Shown here: in pieces, positions 23,961 through 36,674 of the stretch
Position numbering within the stretch: position 1 is the first letter of the stretch
Layout of the letters: each line of letters begins with the position of its first letter
Position numbers and translations under genes: made by a program
Assembly (NCBI RefSeq): GCF_001194135.2
Contig: NC_068981.1
Coordinates: forward strand, 176,373,833 to 176,437,635
Direction: 5' to 3'
Length of the DNA: 63,803 bases
Source: Octopus bimaculoides
Taxonomy: Eukaryota
Notes under the pieces: model-generated
The model's input: only the letters and a program-made list of their open reading frames with translations
Databases searched by the model: none
Told to the model about the DNA's origin: nothing

Positions 23961-24683
23961 ATGTATGTATAATGTCCAGTATATCTTCCAACGTTTGCTG
24001 ACCTAGATTGCTACCACACTCCCCACCACTCCTACATTCTCCTCCCATCACACACACACACACACACACACTTGCTGTTTCTGACATTGATCAATTCATC
24101 TCAGTAAACACAAAAGGCCTTGACAATCAGGTGTATGATTGTGTCTCTTCTTTAGAGAAAAAGATACTGTCTGTACACACATACACACACCCATGTTAGC
24201 AACACATACACACACCCATGTTTGCAACACATACAACACACACACACACACACATACATACACACACACATATACACACACTCATATACATACATATATG
24301 CACACATATATTATTAAAAGTAACTGGTAAAATGGCCTCTTTCAAAGTTTAAGACGAGTATCGCATTCGTTTGATCAATCGATTTATTTAATTACTTAAT
24401 TAACATGTCACTGAAAGTCGTGGTATTTGTTCCAATTATCTATGTTCTGAGATCAAATCCTGCCAAGGCTAATTTTGTTTTTCATCCTTTGTGGGTGAAT
24501 AGTTAAATAAAAAGTAACAATCATGAACAGGTACAAGTACGGGGTGTGTGATAAGAAGCTGGCTTCCCAAGCCACATGGTTCCAGGTTCAGTTACCACCA
24601 GCCCCCATTGCATGGCACCTTGGGTAAATATCTTCTCCTTTGCCTCTGACCAACCAAAGCATTGACACCATCATCATCATTGG

Positions 24684-24719
<36 letters not shown>

Positions 24720-24902
24720 TATCAGCCTCGTTTCTGTCACAGACAACATCAAGGTCATCATTATCATTGGGATTACTTTCATATTTGTAATCATCATCAC
24801 TGTCGTCATTGTCATCATCCTAATCACCATCATCATCATCATCATTACCTCCTCCTCCTCTTCTTTTAATCATCATCATCATCATCATCATCTTCTTCCT
24901 TC

Positions 24903-24933
<31 letters not shown>

Positions 24934-25212
24934 CTTCCTTTCATCATCATCATCATCCTCTTCCTTCTCCTCCTCATCATCATCATCATCCTCTTCCTTT
25001 CATCATCATCATCATCCTCTTCCTTCTCCTCCTCCTCCTCCTCCTCCTCCTCCTCTTCCTTCTCATCANNNNNNNNNNTCCTTCTCCTCCTCCTCCTCCT
25101 CCTCCTCCTCCTCTTCCTTCTCATCAACATCATCATCATCAACATCATTGTCATCTGTGGATCTGGTAAGATGGAAACTAAAAATTACATACATACATAC
25201 ATATTCTTTTTT

Positions 25213-25860
25213 TCTTTTATTCTTTTATTTGTTTCAGTCATTTGACTGCGGCCATACTGTAGCACCACCTTTAATGAAACAAATCGACTCCAAGACTTAT
25301 TCTTTGTAAGCCTAGTACTTATTCTATCGGTCTCTTTTGCCGAACCGTTAAGTGACAGAGAAGTAAACACACCACCATTGGTTGTCAAGCGGTGTTGGGG
25401 GGACAAACACAGACACATAAACGTATATACACACATACATATACACATACATATACATATATATATATACACATATATACAATGAGCTTCTTTCAGTTTC
25501 TTATTTCTTTATTGCCTACAAGGGGCTAAACATAGAGGGGAAAAACAAGGACAGACAATGGGATTAAGTCGATTACATGGACCCCAGTGCGTAACTGGTA
25601 CTTAATTTATCAACCTCGAAAGGATGAAAGGCAAAGTCGATCTCAGCAGAATTTGAACTCAGAAAGTAATGGCAGACGAAATACCGTTAAGCGTTTCGCC
25701 CGGCATACCAACGATTCTGCCAGATCGCTGGCTTCTTTCAGTTTCTGTCTACCAAATCCACTCACAAGGCTTTGGTCGGCCTGAGGCTATAGTAGAAGAC
25801 ACTGAACCTAGAACCATGTGGTTAGTAAGCAAGCTACTTACCACACAGCCACTCCTGTAC
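25213..25860 (-). mobile_element. SINE family A split by a nested family C copy
   Basis: A 3' half 25213-25500; A 5' half 25731-25860. Confidence 0.85.
25501..25730 (-). mobile_element. SINE family C with 15-bp TSD
   Basis: GCTTCTTTCAGTTTC at 25486-25500 and 25731-25745. Confidence 0.9.
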
Positions 25861-26914
25861 CTATTTCATTCAACTTTTTTACAAAATTGATTTTTTTTTA
25901 TTAAAAGAAATTTTTTATTTAAGCACTAGTTTTTTTTTTTTAGTTTGCATTGCACCCATAACTGCAATACAAACAGCCACTCAGCAGTACCCTGTATTGA
26001 AAAAACACAAAAACACCTACCCATATTGATGCATTGTGCATGTAAATGCATTTGAATATACATGTGTTGATATATGTACTTATGCACTTACATGCACAGG
26101 CATGCACACACACATGTATGAGCATGCACACATGCAATAACACACACGTATTAACACACATATGAGAATGCACACATGTACTAACACACACATACACTGA
26201 TATATATGAGAATGCACACATGCGCACACACACACACACACACATATGAGCCTACTCACATGTACTAACACATACACACACACATATACACAAATATATA
26301 TATATGAGCATGCAATGATGTACTATAATACACACATACACATATGCAAACAAATATCTACACACACATTCATACAAACACCACCACCCTTATACACATC
26401 CACACACACACACACACACACTCATACACACACACACTCATACACACCACTCCAAACCCCACACAGAAAAATAAAGAAAAATTTGAAAAAAAAAAAAAAG
26501 AAAAAATTATCGATTCCAGATTTTTCCAAAATTTCTTCATGAAGTAAAATTATTCTGGTGAGTTCCCACAGAACACAAAGGGGAACGGGTGGGAGAACAG
26601 AATGGAATACCATTTTTCAATTTAGTCAATTCTATCTTCAATAGCTGCATTTTAAAGTGTTCTTCTTGTTGTTACCATTTTGTTCTTTATTATTTTATTT
26701 GTTTTTTTTTTCCTTTTTATTTTTAATGGGTAGGGATAAATATAGTGATATAGCTTATAGTCAATGGATACCCATCCGTTAGTCTTCCTTCCTTGCTTTC
26801 TTTCTTTGTTTCATTTTTTTTTTCCTTAATTCATTCTTTGTCTTCTTTTTTTTTTCTCTTTACTTTCTAATCCTGAGGTAGTATTCCACAAAATAAATAA
26901 AATAAATCACAAAA

Positions 26915-27044
26915 ATTGTTTTATTATTATTACTATTATTATTATCGTTACTATTACCACTACTACTATTACCACTACTACTGTTACCATTACTACTATT
27001 ACCATTTTATATTATCATCATTTTATATCATTATTATTATTCTA

Positions 27045-27092
<48 letters not shown>

Positions 27093-27301
27093 CATCGTTA
27101 ACATCATCATCATCATCATCATCATCATTATTATTGTTGTTGTTATTACTAATACTAGCTCTATTACTACTATTATTGTTATTATTATTATCTTACATTA
27201 TTATTATTTTATATCATTTTTATTTTATATTATTATTGCTATTATTATCATCATCATCATCATTATTATTATTATCATTATTATTATTATTATTATTATT
27301 A

Positions 27302-27348
<47 letters not shown>

Positions 27349-27380
27349 GTTGTTATTATTATTATTATTATTATTGCTTT
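26915..27380. repeat. (ATT)/(ACT)/(CAT) degenerate microsatellite field
   Basis: Direct reading. Confidence 0.9.
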
Positions 27381-28453
27381 TTGTTGTTGTAGTTACCATT
27401 TATGTTAGTAATACAAGATTCATTCAGCCCACCAAAAGACCGACCAACCGACCAACCGACCAGCCAACCTACCAAACAACCAACCACACAAGAGATATTT
27501 CAGTGTGTTTTTGCTTTTTCCATTTTTTTCTTTCTTTTTTTTTTTGTTTTTTTCCTTGTGGCTTTCCTTTTCTTATATTTCATTTTTATTCTTTTTCTTT
27601 TTTTTATTTATTCATTTTCTCCCTGGAGGAAGTTAGTTATAGGAATTACAAGGGATCCCATATCACTTGTAAAGTTGTTATTCTTGTTGTCATTATTTTT
27701 TACATGCAACTGTTGCCCATAGCAACAAACAACAAAATAATAATAACATTACTTGGAAATAAGACTTTAAATTGGCACTGAATGAAATAAAACAGGAATA
27801 GTCTCCAAGATGTAAAAGATAAAAATATGAAGCACAAAGAGAGAGATACTAAGAGAGAGAGATATACTAAGAGGGAGAGAGAGGGAGAAATACTGAGAGA
27901 GAGAAATACTGAGAGAGAGAGAGAGACACTGAGAGAGAAACAGACAGATAAACAGAGAAAGAGAGAGCTTACATTTCTAAAAAAAATGGTTTTGAATTTA
28001 GAAATAAATTTTGGTTTTTCTTTCTAATCTTCTTCTTACCAAAATATTTTTGCCATCTTATCTGTGTGTGAATGTAAGTGCGTGTGTTTTTAAACCTGTG
28101 CTAAAGACAGACAGCAAAGTTTACAACATAGATGTGTGTATATGTGTTTTAATGTGTATATGNNNNNNNNNNNNNNNNNNNNNNNNNNNNNNNNNNNNNN
28201 NNNNNNNNNNNNNNNNNNNNNNNNNNNNNNNNNNNNNNNNNNNNNNNNNNNNNNATACATATATACATACATCTGTATATATATGCATGCACACATGCTT
28301 ATGTATGTATGTACGTATGCATGTCAAAACTAAAGATAAATGGTAAAAATACAAAATCCTCTTTGTCGCTTCCTATAAGAAAAGAAACTTTGGTCTTATC
28401 AAACTGAAGCATGCCAGACATGTCCAGTTTTTCAAGCAGTTTGCTTGGAGCAA

Positions 28454-28493
<40 letters not shown>

Positions 28494-28660
28494 TCCTTTT
28501 TATTTTGTATCTAAAAATTCTTTGACAGTTTACCATTTCCACTGAGATCTGTATGTAGGAAACTTGGTTCATGATTTCTTATTCAATTACATGAGCTAGT
28601 GACATAGATTTTAGTGGAAGTCAGCTGTTCTTGGAAATGAGAGTTCAATATCCAGATTAA

Positions 28661-28882
28661 CCCTTTTGTCACTGTATTTATTTTGAGATGCTCTGTGTTT
28701 CTTTCGATTATTTTAAATATAACAAAGAATTTAGTAAAATAACTTAGTTATCATTAAGCTAGTGTTAGGAACATAAATTGTTGCTAAGATTTGATAGAAG
28801 ATTTTAATTCAAAACTTATGAAAAACAAGACATTTGTACTACAGAGCCAGAGCCAGTGTCAGCTGGGTTCATAACGAAAGGG
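28661..28882. mobile_element. piggyBac-like MITE (TTAA TSD, CCCTTT termini)
   Basis: TTAA|CCCTTTTG ... CGAAAGGG|TTAA. Confidence 0.75.
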
Positions 28883-29006
28883 TTAAGACAATTTCACTTC
28901 TTTTACTTAACAATCTAATTTCTCAGTCAAGAGATGGTCCATCTCTTGCTCAGGATGATTTGCTCTCAGTACACTGCATGGAGAACCAATAAATGTTTAA
29001 TATTTC

Positions 29007-29580
29007 CATCATCATCATCATCATCATTTAACGTCCGCCTTCCATGCTAGCATGGGTTGGACGATTTGACTGAGGACTGGCGAACCAGATGGCTACACAA
29101 GGCTCCAGTCTGATTTGGCAGAGTTTCTACAGCTGGATGCCCTTCCTAATGCCAACTACTCTGAGAGAATAGTGGGTGCTTTTACGTGCCACCAGCACGA
29201 AGGCCAGTCGGGTGGTACTGGCAACGGCCACGCTCAAAATGGTGTATTTTACATGCCACCTGCATAGGAGCCAATCCAGAAGGGGATATATATATGTGTA
29301 TGTGTGTGTGTGCCACTGGACTGACTCCTGTGCAGGTGGCACATAAGAAACACCATTTGAGCGTGGCCATTGCCAGTACCGCCTGACTGGCCTGCATGCC
29401 AGTGGCACATAAAAGCACCCACTACTCTCTTGGAGTGGTTAGCGTTAGGAAGGGCATCCAGCTGTAGAAACTCTGCCAAATCAGATTGGCGCCAGGTGTA
29501 GCCATCTGGTCCACCAGTCCTCAGTCAAATCATCCAACCCATGCTAGCATGGAAAGCGAACGTTTAATGATGATGATGAC
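29007..29580. mobile_element. Two family B copies in head-to-head inverted orientation (about 270-bp arms)
   Basis: 29007-29279 (-) mirrors 29316-29580 (+), separated by about 36 nt of TA/TG repeat. Confidence 0.9.
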
Positions 29581-29871
29581 ATATATATGTGTATGTATGT
29601 ATGTATGTATGTATTTAAGAGATTATGTAAATGTCAGTTGAACAAGAAATTATGAAAGGAACTTCATTAGCTTACAACTGTTTCTGCTATTAGGTGATAC
29701 ACAAGCACTCATAACTGAGTGCTTGTGTATCACCTTACATAATTGCTTGTTCCCTTGTCATTCATATGATGTCTTATTACACTCTGTACTCAACTATTAC
29801 CTTTCTTTGAGGCATATGCATACTGAGTTCTAACTCCAGGTTATAAGTATTACCATGCCTAAGTGAAATAT

Positions 29872-29906
<35 letters not shown>

Positions 29907-30780
29907 CTTAGGGTATGGTAGATGAGTTCAGCAAAAATTTAGATTAAATTCTATGTCTCCGTGCAGCTGAGGATTGCTCTGCATTTTTAAATTGATGTAA
30001 TGATTACACCGTTCAATTAAACGGAGTTGCATGAACCGATTGTACTGCATTACCTCTGGATATCCTTGTTGCTTATTTTGATTATATATATATATATATT
30101 AAGGCAAGGCAATGTTGTCCTTTTTTCAGCCAGCTATATTTGAGGTTGGTCGCATCCATCTGTTCTGTTCTGTCCTGTCACCTGGTCTATTACGATTTTT
30201 CCATTTTTCCATTTTCCAGCTTACTACATTCGTCTGGTAGTTGAAAGACCCTTTCTGTTTTATTTTTGTTGTAACTGTATAATTATTTCCGATTTGTTGT
30301 ATAGCCATAAGGCATTTGTCTATTGTGTATGTATAATTCTATTTCATAATGTTACATATGTCCAATAGTAGAAAGACCTTTTCTGCTATTTACTTGTTTT
30401 TGTATTTGTACAAAAGATTTTTTCTCCTTGTATTGTATAATTCTAGCTTTCTCGTTTTTGTTTCTGCTTCTGTTTTTGTTCCTGTACACATTTGTTTGCC
30501 TTTCCCAGAGGCTTAATGTTTTTAGCTTAAGTCCCTGGTCTAGCTGGTTTCGAGTAGTATCAGATATAAATTGAGCGAAACTACTAAGACATTCCTGATT
30601 CCGACTGAAGAGGTATTTGGCTGTGAATGATCCATGTATCTTGTTTTGTCTTATTTGTCATGTTACTGTCCTTTTCTCCGCATGTTGTGTTTTGATGGTT
30701 TCCATTTGTTGTGTTCTTTCTATTCTACCATTGATTTGTCCATACAGTGCTCCATGCAAGTTGTTTACTATATATATATT

Positions 30781-30816
<36 letters not shown>

Positions 30817-31344
30817 NNNNNNNNNNNNNNNNNNNNNNNNNNNNNNNNNNNNNNNNNNNNNNNNNNNNNNNNNNNNNNNNNNNNNNNNNNNNNNNNNNNN
30901 NNNNNNNNNNNNNNNNNNNNNNNNNNNNNNNNNNNNNNNNNNNNNNNNNNNNNNNNNNNNNNNNNNNNNNNNNNNNNNNNNNNNNNNNNNNNNNNNNNNN
31001 NNNNNNNNNNNNNNNNNNNNNNNNNNNNNNNNNNNNNNNNNNNNNNNNNNNNNNNNNNNNNNNNNNNNNNNNNNNNNNNNNNNNNNNNNNNNNNNNNNNN
31101 NNNNNNNNNNNNNNTATATATATACATATATATTAGAAGGTTTGGAGGTGATGTACAGGTATTATATATTAGAAAAAATAAGGTACTCAGAGGTAATGCA
31201 GTACGATCGTTTCATGCAACTCCGTTTAACTGTGGCCATGCCCACACTTAAATAACTGAAATGAGTTAAATCCCTTTGTCTGTCCTTGTTTGTCCCCTCT
31301 ATGTTTAGCCCCTTGTGGGCAATAAAGAAATAAGAAAATTGTGG

Positions 31345-31500
31345 CAAAAGAGTCAGCAGAACTTCACCATTACCTTCTGCCAGAGATGCATGGAGCTTAG
31401 GTGTTTCACTCATAAACACACACATCGCCCGGTCTGAGATTAGAACTAGTAACCCCTCGACCACGAGTCCATTGCTCTTACCACCAGGCCATGTGCCCCT
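31345..31500 (-). mobile_element. SINE family E (tRNA-like head)
   Basis: Reverse complement matches 52474-52670 (GGCACATGGCC..GGACTCGTGGTCGAGG..TCTCAGACCGGGCGATGTGTGTGTTTATGAGTGAAACACCTAAGCTCC). Confidence 0.75.
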
Positions 31501-32100
31501 GACTTTATAACATTATTCATATGAAATTTTAAATTTCTTCCTCCAAAACTGGACATTGACTGTTAATGGGTAAAGAAAAAATTGTTAATTTTACTAATTA
31601 TTTCTATCTGTTATTCAACATGAGAAGCAGGGAACTAGCAGCTTTATGGAAGAAGTAAGTTTGAAGGAAAATCATAGTCATTATTCTGGAATATATTTTT
31701 GCTGGTTTAATTTAATTTAAAGTCTATCTATTCAGCTAATTGCAAATTTGAGAAACACCTATTTATATTTTTCTATCTACACTTCTAATTACATGTTTAA
31801 TCATGTTTGAAACAAAAATTCAAACAAATTTTGTAAAAAAATAAAACCTACAAAATATGATGAGTGAGGGTTTCTTTTTCGAACACCACCATTTTTTTTT
31901 TTTTTTATATATATATTGTATTAAAATTTTATAAATAGTTATATTATCTAAAATAATAGGTTGAGCAGCATTAAAGCAATTTTCGTTTTAAATGCAGCCT
32001 TGGTAACTTCAATGTGATCATCCAAAATAGAAAGGCTCTCAACCTCTGTATTACACTATTCGTTAATATAATATACAATGAAGGTGGTGAGTTGGCAGAG

Positions 32101-32282
32101 CACAGGAGTGGCTGTTTATAGTGGCTGTGTGGTAAATAGCTTGCTTACCAGCCACATGGTTCCGGGTTCAGTACCACTGTGGGGCATCGTGGGCAAGTGT
32201 CTTCTACTATAGCTTTGGGCTGACCAAATCCTTGTGAGAGGATTTGGTAGACGAAAACTGAAAGAAGCCCAGCATATATATG

Positions 32283-32321
<39 letters not shown>

Positions 32322-32538
32322 ATGTTTGTGTGTCTGTGTTTGTCCCCCTAGCATTGTTTGACAACCGATGCTGGTGTGTTTATGTCCCCGTCACTTAGCA
32401 GTTCTGCAAAAGACGCTGATGGAATAAGTACTAGGCTTATGAAGAATAAGTCCTGGGGTCGATTTGTTCGACTAAAGGTTGTGCTCCAGCATGGCCACAG
32501 TCAAATGACTGAAACAAGTAAAAGAGTGAAAGAGTATA
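32101..32538 (+). mobile_element. SINE family A inserted in the head of a family C copy (32080-32720)
   Basis: C head GGTGGTGAGTTGGCAGA before; C continuation CCGGACAAAATGCTTAATAGCATTTC after. Confidence 0.8.
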
Positions 32539-32734
32539 CCGGACAAAATGCTTAATAGCATTTCATCTGCCTTTACTTTCTGAGTTCAAATCCCACCAAG
32601 CTTGCTTTTTGCCTTTCAGGGTCAATGAAATACATACCAGTTGAACACTGGAGTTGATGTAATCAGCTTACCCCTTCCTTGAAGTTTTTGACTTTGTGCC
32701 AAAATTTCAAACCAGTATAATATACAATCATTAA

Positions 32735-32954
32735 ACGCTTTAGCATTCAGATTACTCTGTCAAATGGAATGCTTACTTATTCATATTGTTTTCAATTGAC
32801 CATGCATTATTTCATAGCTTCATGATTTTGATGATGTGACTGCTTAGTTTAGAATAACATCGTAGAAAAGGTATAAGATGCCTGATCTGGCCAATTTGAA
32901 CATAAAACCAGTAGGATAGTTTGGCCTGATATGGCCAGTTTAAATGCTAAAGTA
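32735..32954. mobile_element. piggyBac-like MITE, diverged
   Basis: TTAA|ACGCTTTAGCATT ... AATGCTAAAGTA|TTAA. A related partial copy starts TTAACCCTTTAG near 59078. Confidence 0.6.
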
Positions 32955-34149
32955 TTAAACATATGACATTTCACAAAACGATGTCCCAATTTAGCTTATA
33001 ATATTCAGCCTAGTCTGCTTTTGAATACATGTTATACAAGTGCTGCATATCTACTATTGATATCACACTGCTACAGAGATTTGATGATATTCCACTCAAT
33101 AAAATTTTATTGCTATCTTCCTCTCTGGAAGATTTAGCTGATATATTCTCTCTGATATCATTTATTGATCTCTGAACTTTTGTAGATTTTATTGATTTCT
33201 TCTGTAGGATATGCTGTACAGATATCACCTCTGGTAGTAGATTTTTATGATATCTACACATTGGAAGATTTTATTTAAATTTGCCCTGTAGTTGATATCT
33301 CATGCTTAGTCATTTTATTGAATTTTGCTTATTAGTCAAACTTATTAATATCGTGCTTTAGAATCTTTTCATTCTCATTGCTGTTCAACACGTTTGATAT
33401 ATAAAATTCTACTAGCTTCACTAAAACATTAAAAATCTCTTTGAATATGTATGGAACGCCTTAAATTCAAAAATCAAAAACTTCCTCTGACACAACACTT
33501 TTTGAAAACACATTTTTTTTTTTTTTGGTTATTGCATATTTTACTAATTTATAATTAATTAACCCCAGACCTGATCTGTTCAAGCAGATCTATGATCAAG
33601 AATGTTCCAAGCATGACTGACAATTATTTTTTCTTTTTTGTTTTTTTTGGTATAGTCTATCTAGAATCATAAGAAGTATAGCCTAGTGGTTAGGCAACTA
33701 GGCTCATGAATATAAGATTGTAAGTCTGATTCCTTGTTCGACAGAGATATTGTGTTGATAGACAAGGTTGTACACTTTATACTACTCCAGTCCACACTAC
33801 TTGGCAACAATGAGCATTAAGACTAAAAGAGCACCCAGTCAGTGCCAAGTTAATTAGTCAGTGATGCAACAAAAACCTTCAGGCATGAAAGGGGATAAGC
33901 CCAGCAGTGGACTGTTATATTCAATGTTTCCCATTTTATATAGGCGCAGGCATGACTGAGTGGTAAGAAGTTTGCTTACAAATCATATAGTTTAGGATTC
34001 AGCCCCATTGTGAGGCACCTTGGGCAGTTGTCTTCTACTTATAACCTTGGGCCTACCAAAGCCTAGTGAGTGAATTTGGTAGACAGAAACTGAAAGAAGC
34101 CTATATATGTCTGTGTTTGTGTTTGTGTGTGTATGTATGTATACATATA

Positions 34150-35110
34150 CAGGGTATTGTGAATAAACTGTCATCTAAATTACGCAAAAAGGAAAGTAAC
34201 ACTGACATTTCATTTTAACAGATATATTTACCAAAAGTACATAAAAATACCTTGAAATACTAAAGAGTAAATTTATTCAATAAAATCGCCATTGGCCTCA
34301 ACCATGGACTCCAGACGACTTCAGAATCTCCTGCAACTCTTCTGGATGGTCTCCTTGTCTAAGTCGGTAAATGCTGCCATAATCCTTACCTTCAGTTCAT
34401 CTTTGATGTTGCAAGGAGTTTTGTTGGTCTCTGACTCAACTACACCCAACACATAATAATCAAGGGAGTTGCAGTCTGGGGAGTTAGGTGATCAGATGTT
34501 AGGGATGATGTGGTTGCAGAAATTGTCTGACAGCCATGACTGGGTTCTCCTGCTTGTGTGACATGGTGCAGAGTCCTGTTGCTGGATATAAGGTCTTCCA
34601 GTAGGCACCCTCTCCACCAAGGGCAGCACTACCTTCTCCAGGTATCGATGTAGGCCTCCATGTTGAGTGTGAGGCCATGTGGGAAGATGAATGGAGGTAT
34701 AATGTTACCATCACTAGTGATCACTCCAAACACCATGATGTTGACTGGATGTTTTTTTTTTGTTACTCTTGCTACATGTTTTGGGGACACGGCAAGCCAG
34801 TGGTTGTTCTGTGTGTTCATCATCTGATCCTGGCAGAAATGTTTCTCATCTGAGAACAACCAAAGCATGTTCAGTTGGTGGGGATGCTCAAGTTTGTTCG
34901 AGAGCTTCATATTACAGTCTTCCCTCTTGTCCTTGGGATAAAAATTGGCCCTTTCTCATCTTGTATGAATAATACCTAATGTCTTCCTGCACTACCTGCC
35001 TGATAAGGAACTCAAGGAACTCAAACATGCAGCTTCCTAGGTCTAACCAACAGTAGTATTATTATTCCCTTCAGGAAACTGTCACACTAAGTTGACAGCA
35101 TACAACTACT
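34150..35110 (-). mobile_element. maT (DD37D) Tc1/mariner-superfamily transposon remnant
   Basis: TA|CAGGGT terminus at 34150. Minus frame WLFSDEKHF..MVFGVITSDG..PPFIFPHGL, then QQQDSAPCHTS..I*SPNSPDCNSLDYYV with 37 residues between the second and third D. The other end is cut by a family A SINE (35112-35225). Confidence 0.9.
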
Positions 35111-35715
35111 TCAGGCTTCTTTCAGTTTCCATCTACCAAATCTACTCACAAAGCTTTGGTCGGCCCGAAGCTACAGCAGAAAACACTTGTCCAAGGTGCC
35201 ACACAAGGAATACAGCCACGCCTGCACTTATATATGTATACATACATACATACATATATATNNNNNNNNNNNNNNNNNNNNNNNNNNNNNNNNNNNNNNN
35301 NNNNNNNNNNNNNNNNNNNNNNNNNNNNNNNNNNNNNNNNNNNNNNNNNNNNNNNNNNNNNNNNNNNNNNNTATATATATATATATATATATATGTTTAC
35401 AGTGAAACATTCCTCACATAATTTTATGTCTGAACATTCTATTATGTTAAAAACAAAATTAATTATAACAAAGTTCCACTTAGTTTACTAAATTCCTCAA
35501 AATTCTTGCTTATTTTCAAAATTAATTGAAACAGGTACATAAGGTTAAAACATTGATAACATGATTACACTTTGCATTTTTTAGATAAGATGCAACACAA
35601 TAAAGTTAATGTGAAAATAGTTAGACCCTGTATACATCCATCCTTTCCATTTAAGGAAAGGTTCGGTATAACTTGTCTATTACATATGGCTTTCAGAAAT
35701 TGGTGTCAAGAGAGA

Positions 35716-35884
35716 TGCATGTCTGGGTGTGAGGTTAAGAAGCCTACTTTGTAACCATGTAATTCTAGGTTCAATTCCACAGTGCAACATCTTGGTCAAA
35801 TATTGTCTATTATAGCCCCAGGCCATATGAGTGGATTTAGTAGATGCAAACTGTGTGGAAGCTCATTGTATATGTACATACATG

Positions 35885-35916
<32 letters not shown>

Positions 35917-36610
35917 CATACATACATACATACATACATACATACGTATATGTATGTTTGTATGTATGTATGTTTGTCTGTATGCATGCATGTATGTATG
36001 TATATATGTGTGTTTATGTATGTATGTGTGTATATGCATATATGTATGTATGTATACATGCAAGTTTGTATGTTTTGTTTTATGTACGAGGGTGAGTCAA
36101 AAAGTAATGCCATTTTGTTTAGGACAGGTATAATTACCAACACAGGAACTTGTATCATACATCAAAATGAAGCTAGTCCTCTGTGGATCACATCCCTACT
36201 TCTCAACATAGTCACCATTTCTCTCAATAGCAGTGTTCCACCTTCAAATGAGAGCATGTATCCCTGCCCCGTAAAATTCTGTTGACTGTTCTTTGAGCCA
36301 CTTCTTCCCTACCTCCACACTCACCAGATTTATCGCCTTCAGACTATCATCTCTTCAGTGCCACAAAAGAGGGTTTGAGAGGCAAACATTATTCCAGTGA
36401 CAAGGAAGTGAAAACTGTAGTGAAGAATTGCCACGGCCGCTTGACAACTTTTGGTTTATTTACATTCCTGTAACTTAGTGGTTTGGTAAAAGCAACTGAT
36501 AGAATAAGCACCTGACTGACAATTAAGTACTGGGGTTGGTCTGTTCAACTAAACATTTCAAGGTAGTGCCCCAGCATGGGCTCCATCCAATGACTGAAGC
36601 AAGTAAAATG
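35716..36610 (+). mobile_element. Diverged family A SINE whose central microsatellite hosts a mariner remnant
   Basis: A head 35716-35872, (CATA)n, mariner 36087-36427, A tail 36430-36610. Confidence 0.65.
36087..36427. mobile_element. mariner 3' end with internally inverted segment
   Basis: TA|CGAGGGTGAGTCAAAAAG terminus. Minus frame [26 protein letters not shown]. The adjacent plus frame reads PPHSPDLSPSDYHLFSATKEGLRGKHYSSDKEVKTVVK. Confidence 0.85.
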
Positions 36611-36674
36611 TAAATGAGAAAAAAATTCCCTCGGTCATTGTTTCCTTCTTCATCACTCGAGAAAATGTCCAACT

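Noticed and set aside
28330-28450. Protein-like minus frame KLLEKLDMSGMLQFDKTKVSFLIGSDKEDF
   Set aside because: Weak splice signals and no partner exon on that strand.
30500-30760. CTGAAGA and CGAAAC words in a repeat related to 19380-19620
   Set aside because: Order and pairing do not give a hammerhead fold.
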